This document shows positions 42,601 to 53,557 of a stretch of DNA of 64,000 nucleotides, in pieces. This DNA comes from Chrysomallon squamiferum. Its lineage: Eukaryota; Animalia; Mollusca. The stretch lies in NCBI GenBank assembly GCA_012295275.1, contig CM022672.1, positions 22,878,001 to 22,942,000 of the forward strand, written 5' to 3'. The notes under the pieces were generated by a model. The model was not told where the DNA came from, made no database searches, and was given only the letters and a program-made list of their open reading frames with translations. The translations under genes were made by a program, and so were the position numbers. Each line of letters opens with the position of its first letter. The stretch's first letter is position 1.

Positions 42601-45600
42601 CTTTCTTTCTTTATCTTTCATGCGATCATTTTTCAGCACAGCCAAAACTTCATCTGCTGCTCCACACAGAACATCTCTAGGCTAATTAAAATAAAATTTA
42701 TAAAATTTTAAAAACAACAAAACTAGTAAGGAATGAAAGGACATGAACTGATACAAAGTAAGTTATAATGTGTTCAAAAACAAAAAGCAAAATATTTATA
42801 TAGAAAACATTCAGAAATATTTTCAGAATGATATTATTTTACTTAAAACATAATTTAAAAAAATATTTGAACAGGTATGTTTTAACTTAATATTACTGAA
42901 GTTTTAGTGCAAGATGAGTACAAAAACTAATATTATAAAGTGGAAAAAGAACTGCTATATTTTGATGGAAATCATGGGAAGTGACAATTAATAAAAGGTA
43001 TATTGTAAATAAATATTGTGTGTACCTGATCTCCAATAGCAGCTTGTATGAAACTCAGTAAAACCTCGTATGTTTGTCTGGTTTCTGTTGTTTTGGGACG
43101 ATACAAAATTCCAACCATTTCATCAATACCTTCTGACAGCAAAGTTGTACCTTTCATCTTGATCATATCTCTCTGAGCTTCATCACGCTTTCTTCTCCTG
43201 AAAGATAACACATATTCTCACATGAACTACTGATTGTTATTATGAATTTCAAATATTTTTTGACCAACCTCAGAATATATTATCTAGAGCTTTATGTGTG
43301 TATAGAGGCCATTATAAGGTTGATTTTAAGGTTGATAAAAACCAAAGATGCAATTAAAACAAAAAATATTCAGTGAACCTACTTATTTTTCCTTTCTTCC
43401 ATTAATGGAGGCTTTGATTTCTGGGCTTTGTCACCCATTCTTGTTCCAGTGATCTTCCCAACAAGGGACATAACTTCACCTGTTGCTTCATCACGGGCTC
43501 TTCTATCAATAAGAGATCTGTCCACTTGAAGGACAAGGTTGGAATTCTAAAACAGAACAAGATTATTTACTGAGCAACCCTTTAAATCTTCAAAATATAT
43601 TAAATTAAGAAAATCAAAGTGTGAATTACAAAAAAATAATTAAAATGTGTAACTTAATTAGGTCAGCTGCTATTTATTAGTAATGCAAATTAATATCTTT
43701 ATTACGACCAAAAATATGATACAATACTTAATATTATTCTAAACAAAGAAATCTTGTTTGAACTATGACATGAATGCAGAGCTAGTTTTTCTAATAATAA
43801 TTTTCAGTTTGATGCTTAATTTGAGCCCACTTTTTAAACATTACCTAGTATTTCACTATCAGCTTGAACCCAATCAGTTACGTCATCACTGACAAATTTG
43901 AAATAAATTTCTGATTTTAGTTATTTAATCAGTAAAACTGAATTACAGCACAAGTGTTCCTTTTCTTCTTCTTTTTTTGAACAAATATATTTAACAGTAG
44001 TCTTTATTTAAGTAATAACTGCTGATTAAATAATACAATTAGGTAAAAAAAAAAAGAAAAAGGTTTGTCCAGTATGTTGTGAAATGCACTACATAATTTA
44101 TCTTTCCATATTTTATTATTATTATTACTGCTTTCTTCTTTTTCCTACACTATTTAAATTTTGATGAATGACACCATCATGCTAAATTTATCTGTTTTGG
44201 GATTAGCTTACTCCATAATCATGATAACGTTATACTTATAGTAGGTATGTGCAGATACTCGCGATTAGCGGCTGCGGTTTCTTACCAATTAGCTGTTCCA
44301 CAGAAATCGTGTTTTGCATGAGGAGGGGCACCGTTTGTTCGCTTTTCATTGACTCGTGTTATATTCTTTCCTTGGGATTTTTGCACACAAACTCAGACGG
44401 GATATTGATAAATGCTCACGATTTCGAATATTTTGATTCCGTTGAGTTTTTCTGTGCCTACGCTGCCTTTTAGAAAATTACGAATTTTCAACACGCTTGA
44501 ACCACTAAAACCAGCTACTGGACACGAACGAAAGGTAAGTAGACATTAACTTTGGTTTTTTATCTTATTGTCTTTAAAATTTTATCAAAAGTTATGGTTG
44601 CATTCAATTGTTATGATTGCCTCGTGAAATATGGTATTTTGGTCATTTCGGTGTTCGATCGCCATCGTGACACTTTTACAGAATTTTCAACATGCTACAA
44701 TAACTAAAACCGGTTACGTGACACGAATGAAAAGTAGCTGGACATAATAATTAGTTTTTTATCTTATTGTCTTTAAAATTTTATCAAAATGCTTGGACGC
44801 ATTCAACTGTTATGATCGCCTCGTCAAAAATGGTCTGTTGGTCATTTTGGTGTTCGGTCGCCATCTTGAAACTTTTACGGAATTTTCAACATGCTACAAT
44901 AACCGGTTCATGGACACGAACGAAAAGTAGCTGGACATAATAATTAGTTTTTTATCTTACTGTCTTTAAAATTTTATCAAAAGTTATGGTTGCATTCAAT
45001 TGTTATGATCGCCTCGTGAAATATGGTCTGTGTAATTTCGGTTTTCGATCGCCATCTTGAAACTTTTACGGAATTTTCAACATGCTACAATAACTAAAAC
45101 CGGTTATGTGACACGAATGAAAAGTAGCTGGACATAATAATTAGTTTTTTATATTATTGTCTTTAAAATTTTATCAAAATGCTTGGACGCATTCAACTGT
45201 TATGATCGCCTCGTCAAAAATGGTCTGTTGGTCATTTTGGTGTTCGGTCGCCATCTTGAAACTTTTACGGAATTTTCAACATGCTACAATAACCGGTTAC
45301 TGGACACGAACGAAAAGTAGCTGGACATAATAATTAGTTTTTTATCTTACTGTCTTTAAAATTTTATCAAAAGTTATGGTTGCATTCAATTGTTATGATC
45401 GCCTCGTGAAATATGGTCTGTGTAATTTCGGTTTTCGATCGCCATCTTGAAACTTTTACGGAATTTTCAACATGCTACAATAACTAAAACCGGTTATGTG
45501 ACACGAATGAAAAGAAGCTGGACATAATAATTAGTTTTATTATCTTTGAAATTTTATGAAGCAGCTTCGAGGCTCTTAATTGTAATTTTTACCTCGTGAA

Positions 45601-48600
45601 ATATGGTTTGTTGGCTGGTTATATCGCCAGTTTGAGTTTCTGTTTTTTTCTTCAAAATTACGAATGTTCAACATGCTACAGTCACTAAAACCGGTTACAT
45701 GAGACGAATGAAAAGTAGTTTTTTTTATCTAATTGTCTTTGAAATTTTGTCAAGCAGCTGCAAGCATGCTAACTAGTAACTCTAATCTTTATCTCGTGGA
45801 GCATGGTTATTTCGACGTTAGATTGCTGAAGTGAAAGTGTCATGGCAGACCAAACTTCCTGTATAAGGACTTACGTTTGAGAATGGATTATGCTGACTTA
45901 ATACTTATTCTTCTTAAATTATCTTACATAAGAATGATGGACAAATATGTTCCTAACAACATATCGGTATTTTCATCCATAACTGTCTCAAATCTCAAGA
46001 TGTTTTAGGATTTTAAAATCATAAAATTGACCAAACAATTATAATTTCTAAACACCAAATCAAATAAGCACTTGCTATTGTATTCTGTGTGGATTTAATT
46101 TGTATTGGTCATTCAAATTTTGCATTTCTTTTCATATAATGGTGTTTTTTTTTTTCAGTGTTTGGTTTGACCCACAGTTGATGTTTCATTTTGGTAATAT
46201 TGTCTTTCATAATTTCATAACTTTTTAAAACTTCAGTTGTCTTCTCAGCTCTTTTCTTGTTTTTTTTCAGTGAATAACCAAAAGATGCCTTTGATGCCTA
46301 ATTAGATGTAACCAACCGAGCTTAGGTAGACAGCATCTGCAAGAAAAGTATTCCACAGTTCCTGCAACAGATGAGTTTTTGAAAGGACGCATGCTTTATA
46401 TTTACACTAGCTGTGGTAACAGTCGAGCAACAACAGTTGGTCATTCAATACGGAAAGCTGTAATCTTGAGGATGTACCCCGAAAACAAGATGAGCCCCAA
46501 CCTGGTCCGAGTTGCAACCCACAATACGTTACTGCTTCCCCAGAACCACACAATCTATTGGATAGCAGTTCACTCTGTGGAGAAGATTCAGAGGAACCTT
46601 CTATTCCAATATTGACAAAACCACCCATGAAAACCAGACAAACAAAAAAATGCCTTTCATGCAAGTTATTAAATAACTCCTTAACAAATATGAGACTAAA
46701 ACAGCTACAGCTTCAAAGGTCTACACACACTGCAATCCGAGATGTGAGAGCACAGCAAAAGAAAAATAATATTTAATTTCGAATTCTAGTAGATTTTATG
46801 TACAGTTAGAAAGGTCGATTTGTCGAATATTTCAAATATCATTTTTAATAAAAATATTGTGTATACATGTGTGCTTGCGTTTTAATTTTAAAATGTGCTA
46901 GAAAGATCTGGCGCTGTTGAAAATGATTATATTTCTATAATCTATGTTGATTATATTTTTAATAGCTTGTAGGATGCATGTTTTATTGGATGTTGTGACT
47001 TTTACTAAATATAATATGTATTCGTTCTGAAATAAACGAATTAATTGTTTTGCCGATTACTAGCATTTGATCTTAACTATAATCCTCTGCAATACATAAA
47101 CTCGTATAATCCTTGGAGTCGACTCCAGAAAGGTGTTGCCGGTCTTTATTAGGTGCAATACAATGTGTATGTAATCATGACAATTAAAGACACAGGTATT
47201 GTAACTGTCATTTGAAGCAGACAAAATAATTTTCTTGGCTTTGTGTTCGTACTTCCTGTGCTTTGACAGCAAACAAAAGATACCTATCAATGTATCATGT
47301 GACCATCGCTGATGTTTTCTCTGATGGAGCAAATCAGCACTTGATGCAAAAATAGCCTAAGTTTTATCAATTTATGGTTTTATGATTAAAAAAATAGTGA
47401 TAACATTCTATCACTACCTCTGATACATAAATTCATGTTGTTTATATTTTAATAACCTGTTGGCTGTATCATTGTATGTTTTTCTTCAATGTTCCTATTT
47501 TTAGCTTATTCATTGTAGCACGTGCGTTGCGAGATCGCCGTGCATTGTTTCCTACCTAGTCAAGTCACCGAAGACTTTATGTGCAACTACAAATAACTGG
47601 TGCTATTTTAAATGATTATATTTCTATAATCTGTGTTGATTATATTTTTTTATAACTTTTATAATGCATGTTTTATTATATGTTATGACTTTTACTGAAT
47701 ATAATTATAATATGAATACGTTCTGAAATAAACAAATTAATGTTTATCTATAATCCTCTGCAATACATAAACTCGTATAATAAATTGGAGTCTACTCCAG
47801 AAAGGTATTGCCGGTCTTAATTATGAGTAATACATTGTGTATGTAATCATGACACTAAAGACAGGTATGATAAGTGTCATTTGAAGCAGACAATAGAATT
47901 TTCATGGCTTTGTGTTTGTACTTCCTGTGATTTGACAGCAAACAAAAGGTACCTATCAATGTATCATGTGACCATTGTTAATGTTTTCTCTGATGGAGCA
48001 AATCAAAAAGTTTTAAAACTGAACACTTTATGATTTATCAGTTTATGGTTTTACGATTAAAAAGAAAAAGTTGTACGTTTCGTATTTAATATTCTATGAA
48101 TACCTCTGGTAGTTAGATTCACAGAATACATTCATTGTACTGTTTTGTAGTACAGTTTGTTATGTTTATGATTTTTTTATTCGCCATTTATCGCAAAACA
48201 ATTTTTCTGATCGTATTCATATTATAATGTATATACTTTAGAAATCCGAACACTGGAGAAAACTATGCATCCCAAAAGTTACTAAAAATATAAACATAGC
48301 TTCTATCATTTTAAATAGCAGAGGTTCTTTTATATGTTTGTTACTCTTTTTTTCTTTCTTTCTTAATTTTTTTTTTTTTTTTTTTTTTTAATTTTTTTTA
48401 TCCAAGCAATATACATTTGTGGACATAACTTTTGTTATAAATTTACACGCCATTGGTATTAAAAGCGACGACATGTACGATGTTAGAAATATCGAACTTT
48501 GACCTTCCTGGGTGCTAAAAATAGCCTTGCTAAAAATAGTCGGTGTTGAGCAAAGGCGACACCGCCTTCAGATGAGCGCTTCGTAGAGCGACACCGCTTT

Positions 48601-49553
48601 AGCTTTAGGGATGTTCACAAAGTTCGCTTACCCCCACCACGTTTAACACTCTCATACAAACTACTGATTTAACACATAACAAAAACAACATCACCATTTA
48701 AAAGAGCGCATATTAATCTGTATTTGAGTGTAATTGTTTTTCATGTTAAATTTTACAGAAGGGATTTGGGAGGGGCGGGAAATGGACAAAATCGGCACTT
48801 TTACCACTTACGTTTGTTAGGCTGCTGGTATCTTAATTAATAACTTCTTTTTAATTTTTACAAATATAATCGATAGCAGAGATTGGCATTGGTCTTCTCT
48901 GAAAATTTCATCAAGAAAGCTTGATTATTAACAAAGATAGATGGGAAAATGTTAAAATATTACTATTTTTGGTCACAGACCTCTAATGACTTATATAGCG
49001 TTTAATCGGACGAAAAAAATTGCTTTTCCGGGGGTTTAAAATTGCTGCTACTTCCTGAATTTTTTACATATTCACTTGATCTTGGTATCATTTTAAAGTG
49101 GTTTACAAGCTCTACCCAACTGTCTTATTTATTTTCAGATTAGTGGGGTTTGAAAAATTTATCCACATACCTACTTATAGCCATATTTCATGTTTTGTCA
49201 TTTTCTTTTTCTTGGTAATAAAGAAATGATAAACGATATCTTGATTATATGTTAATTTTATTATTTTCAAATTTATTCACTTCTCTTTTTGCTCTAGTGT
49301 TCTTTAACGTGTTAATTTCAACTTTAGAGTTTGTGTGAATTTATTGTCACCTGTTTTACTTTTAGTGTTCAGCACTTTGACTTTTCATAAATCACGAAAT
49401 ATTTTATTTAATTTATTATTATTACTTAATAATAATTAGAATACTTTAAAAGTTTAGTAACATTAAATTATGATTAATTATTAAAAAAAAAAAAAAAATA
49501 CTACTTACTGCTTTGTACTCATATTGCAGAGATCTGGCCGCTGCATCTGCCAT
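21422..49553 (-). CDS. SNRNP200: U5 snRNP 200 kDa helicase (BRR2)
   Basis: 45 phase-consistent GT-AG coding exons: 49509-49553, 43383-43546, 43026-43197, 42492-42681, 42108-42166, 41437-41535, 41113-41262, 40562-40661, 39883-40100, 39217-39334, 38807-38862, 38463-38600, 37992-38147, 37578-37748, 37065-37123, 36539-36797, 35965-36114, 35706-35767, 35274-35454, 34694-34798, 34305-34407, 33779-33957, 33303-33455, 32867-32947, 32296-32486, 31674-31965, 31158-31228, 30546-30646, 29973-30146, 29316-29476, 28919-29017, 28455-28583, 27784-27975, 27342-27599, 26771-26973, 26237-26310, 25663-25887, 25197-25273, 24735-24822, 24251-24372, 23797-23940, 23284-23460, 22758-22918, 22189-22270, 21422-21667 (6435 nt, ~2144 aa). 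Start [22 protein letters not shown]. Two helicase cassettes (APTGAGKT/DEIH/SAT and [15 protein letters not shown]) and Sec63 units. Confidence 0.97.
24612..24675. repeat. (TAGA)n/(TACA)n microsatellite
   Basis: Direct read. Confidence 0.9.
44483..45800. repeat. Tandem array of ~7 units of 191-201 bp with 390-bp higher-order period
   Basis: Unit starts (aattttcaac) at 44483, 44682, 44881, 45072, 45271, 45462, ~45663. Alternating variants aagttatggttgcattcaattg and atgcttggacgcattcaactg. Confidence 0.92.
46271..46776 (+). pseudogene. Decayed reading frame with relic C2H2 zinc finger inside the intronic element
   Basis: After acceptor tttttttcag (46270) one frame reads [23 protein letters not shown] (C-x2-C-x12-H-x4-Y). 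A shifted frame continues [27 protein letters not shown].. to 46776. Contains stops and a frameshift. Confidence 0.4.
46909..48062. repeat. Internal direct duplication (~470 bp x2, offset ~690 bp) within the element
   Basis: ~46909-47392 and ~47600-48062 share tgg.gct.tt.aaatgattatatttctataatct..cctctgcaatacataaactcgtataat..tttctctgatggagcaaatca..tttatggtttta with scattered substitutions and indels. Confidence 0.88.
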
Positions 49554-49745
49554 GGCTGCAGATAACTGCTTTCACTCAGATAACTGTGCTTTTTTTTTGC
49601 AAAATTCAAAAACTGTAGGAAAAATAACAAGCAAGAATGAACGTTGAAAGAACGCACAAATCTTTTCGCGTGCTCAATAGCCTAACTTCCGTTTCCTGTA
49701 ATAGCTTCAGCAAATGAATGATTGTTACTATTACTATTAGTACAG
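49554..49745. promoter_or_regulatory. Compact bidirectional promoter SNRNP200/TTC1
   Basis: E2F-like TTTTCGCG at 49663-49670 and tandem ETS/GABP-like ACTTCCGTTTCCTGT at 49685-49699. Candidate TTC1 non-coding exon donor cag|gtgaa at 49746, acceptor near 50418. Confidence 0.6.
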
Positions 49746-50458
49746 GTGAAAAAATAATGAAAAACGTAATATTGTATGATTAAAATGATATTTGCACACT
49801 TTTGAAAATTAAAATAGCCACAATGAAGATTGCATTTTGAATGCTTTTTAGATATTTTTGTTTGTTCGTTTGCTTCTTTTTATTAATTATTTATGGTAAA
49901 ATGTATTTTGTTATATTCCGGCAAACATCGCCTATTTCCGTAACATTAATTTATTCGACTGGTATTGTATTAAATCGTAACACATGAGGATAGACAGTTA
50001 GTTTCAGAATTCATAATAAACTAGGAAATAGGTATTAAGTATTAATTATTATATAATACAATTATTTACAATAATAATCATGTAACTGTTTCGGTCACTT
50101 ACAGGTATCATACATTGTATGATAAAATACACCCTCATTAAGAATAATTTAGTCGATTTATTTTGTTTTAACATCGTTTTTTGTTAATTTAGTAACTCCA
50201 GTATCTATAAAATAAAATATATATAATTTTGGCTGGTTTTCAAGTTAAAGAGACAGAACTGCAAGTTTCAGTATTATAATTATGTAAATGTAATCTACTT
50301 TATTTCTGATTTCACCTTTTTATTTAATAATTTTTATTATTATTTTTAAACTTGATTTAAGATTTGGTTGTTTAATGACTACTAAGATGTCTTTTTTCTT
50401 TTTCCCCCGATCCATAAGATTAAGAAAACACTACAGAGGTGAATATTAATTATTCAAT

Positions 50459-53400
50459 ATGGGAGACGAAACAGATTCATTCTTAAATAAACTGGACGAC
50501 CTCCATCTTAATGAGACTTCTAAATCAGAATTTATAGATATTCACACTGATACGGATACTGATAATCTTTCACAAAGAACTGAAAATCTTTCAACTCCAA
50601 TAGAAGAAATAGGAGATGATTCTAGAGATAAATTTGCCTGTTCTGATAACCAGTCATCTAACTCTGAACAAGGAATGTATTTCAGGAAAGAAAACGTGAA
50701 TACAAGCAGTTTGCACACAGAAAGTTCAGCCCCAAATATCCAGTCTGATTCTAGTGAAACATTTCCAAAAATGCAGTATAAGAAATCAACACAGTGCAGT
50801 GAAGCTGCAGAAAAACATTCAGAAAGCAGTGATGAAGAATATCATTCTGTTGATGATGGTGAAGACATTAACAGTAACAAAGGTGATGAAGGGGATGATG
50901 ATGATAATGATGATAAAACTAAAAAGAAAGAGATTGTTGATGATGAAGACTATAGGAAAACTGTTGAAGAAAGATTATCAGATGATGAAAAACTAGTAAG
51001 TGCTGATGGTTATAAAATTATGTAATAACGGTTTTTAAAATTATTATTATTTTATTTTTTAGATAAAGTTCGACCTATTTCTTTATTATATTGTTAGATT
51101 TTATTAACACTGTTATATTTGCAAAGATAGGTGTCCAGACTGAAATCTCACTGTGGAAGTATACTAATGTATTCTGATGTTTTTCTAAACTAAATTAATT
51201 TTAATATCAAATACATATATTGTGTTTTATTTTTCAATACTGTAACATGAAACATTATAATAAGAGATTAATTTGAAATTTAAGCAGTTTGCTGCTAAAA
51301 GCTACAATCTATAGTATTCACAAACACCACAAACAAAGCTGACAGCAGTGAACTAGTTAAAAAAGAAAAGAAAATCTATCATTAACAATTGTTACGTGAG
51401 TATGATGATTATTTCATCATTATTGTTATTACAGGAGAGAAAAGATCGGGCACAAATATTAAAGAACAATGGTAATCAGCTGTTTCGAGATGGAAGTTTT
51501 AATGAAGCAATTGATTGTTACAGCCAAGCACTGGATATCTGTCCATTATCATTTCCTAAAGAGAGAGCAATAATGTTTTCAAATCGGGCTGCTTGCAAAC
51601 TCAGACAGGTTTGTGGATTTGTATATATTCAAAAGTACACATACTTTTAAAAAACACAAAGTTGTCCCCCCTTCCTGTTATTTTGAAGCCCTGTTAATGG
51701 TCTGGAAAATTATGAAGTTTGTTGTAAATCGAATTTCATTTTACTTTTTAGTGACTGAACTGCATTAAATGTTTTTTTATGTAACATATTAATGACACAA
51801 AAAAAAGCATAAATTCTTTTGTGTGTGTATGTGTTTTAAATAAACTGAAGAAATCCAATTCAGAAAAAAACCTTAAAAATTGTAGAAATAGAACCTTACT
51901 CAATATTTTTTCATTTCCAATCTCAGATAAAGGAAAATATTTTAAGACGTTTATCACATGACACTTGAAATTATATTCATGTAAAAACTAAGTGATCTTT
52001 TTACTAAGGTCATGTAAAATTATTTTTTCCAGGTTTTTACATAAGCTTTTGAAATTTTTGTGTAACTTTTTAAGTCCCATGTATTAAAGCAGAATTTTAT
52101 TATTAAACTTAATTAATGTTTTATTCCTGTTTAATTCTTTTATAATGTACAAATTCAGTTGTAATAAAATACAAAAAAATAAAAAATAAAAAATAAAATA
52201 AAATAAAATTTGAAAAAAGTATATATATTTAAAAAATGTATTATTAAGTAATGGATACAGTTCTGTTCATGTTTTACTACCAGGTACTTCTGTGACTAGC
52301 TGTTTAAATTATGCTGACCAAAACTTGAAAAGTAATTTTGTAACATTGTTCAAAAATCATTTATCCACATTATTCCCAAAATGATATTACATTATGCTAA
52401 TTGTTGTTTTTAATTGTTGTTTATTTTCACAGGAAGACTATGATGGTGCAATTAGTGACTGCACTAAGGCTATAGATCTACATCCTCATTACCTGAAAGC
52501 TTTGTTAAGGAGAGCAGAGCTTTATGACAAAAAAGAAAAACTGGATGAGGCTTTGGCAGATTTCCAAAAGGTTGTGGAGCTAGATCCTTCCCAGTATGCA
52601 GCTAGAGCTTCCTGTTTGGTGTGTTTTTGAAGATGGATATTGTTTAGTAGTAAATTAAAAATAACTGACTATCTGTGTCTGTCTATTAATGTACATTATA
52701 TATGTACTTTTTTAATGTGATTATAAAGAGTTTTTTTATTTTGTAAAGTTAAGATTTAAAATAAGTACAAGAACTTTTATTGTTACAAATTATTAGCTAA
52801 GAAAGTTATACTGTCCTGATATAAATTATATATGTTTAAACTTTCATTTAATAATGAAATAAAAAAATAAATAAAATGAAGGTGGTAGGTATATATATAG
52901 ATAGATAGACAGATAGATACACACGTGTGTGTGTATTAGTTCACAATAACACATACCATTTGAAGTGTTAATGTTTTCAGCAAAACAGCAGTATGAATTT
53001 TTTGTTTTGAGGGTAAAATTTTATTATACCATGTGTATTATATTCAATATTTTCTTTTTCTAATAAGACATTTTAATTTTTAATTCTTTTTTCAGAAATT
53101 AGCTGAACAGATTAAGGATCGGAATGAAAAGATGAAAGCAGAAATGTTAGGTATGGATAAAATAATTATACAACATTTGTATGAACACTGCAATAACGAT
53201 CCAGTGTTTTAGAAATGAAACATTTATAACAGTTAATAAAAATACGTATTACTGCTTAGTGTAGCCACATGGGTTACACCCTAAAACTATTAATATGAAA
53301 CAGCTGATGACAATTAAGCTTTTTTAAACAAACATTTTTTTATTTATTATTTATTTTTGTTTACATTCATGATATTACAAGATATAAGCATGGATCTGAA

Positions 53401-53557
53401 TAAAACTTTTTATTAAAACTGCTCTTTTTTCGCTTCAGGTAAGTTAAAAGACTTGGGTAACATGATCCTTCGTCCATTTGGGATATCTACTGAGAATTTC
53501 CAGATACAGCAAGATCCAAACAGTGGTTCTTACTCAGTACAGTATAAACCAAATTAG
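50459..53557 (+). CDS. TTC1: Tetratricopeptide repeat protein 1
   Basis: Exons 50459-50995, 51435-51608, 52433-52618, 53096-53150, 53439-53557 (1071 nt, ~356 aa). Acidic N-terminus, three TPRs ([14 protein letters not shown]; FSNRAAC..DCTKAI; [16 protein letters not shown]) and the TTC1 C-terminus [37 protein letters not shown]. Confidence 0.93.

Larger units (their letters stand above)
44241..49174. mobile_element. Unclassified TIR DNA element (~4.9 kb) inserted in SNRNP200 intron 1
   Basis: Perfect TIRs GTAGGTATGTG (44241-44251) / CACATACCTAC (49164-49174), flanked by TTATA at 44236-44240 and 49175-49179. Interior is CpG-richer than the flanking intron. No intact transposase seen. Confidence 0.78.

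Noticed and set aside
44483-45800. CRISPR-like array
   Set aside because: Eukaryotic context; whole ~200-bp units repeat with no unique spacers, and there are no cas genes.
47060-47332. 90-aa minus-strand ORF as a gene
   Set aside because: No recognisable motif, non-ATG start, and the duplicate copy has in-frame stops.
21422-49553. Minor-class (U12, AT-AC) or GC-AG introns in SNRNP200 and the other genes
   Set aside because: All junctions I reconstructed are GT-AG without the GTATCCTT donor. The few weak acceptors (9244, 17570, 25888, 29018) still have U2-type donors.
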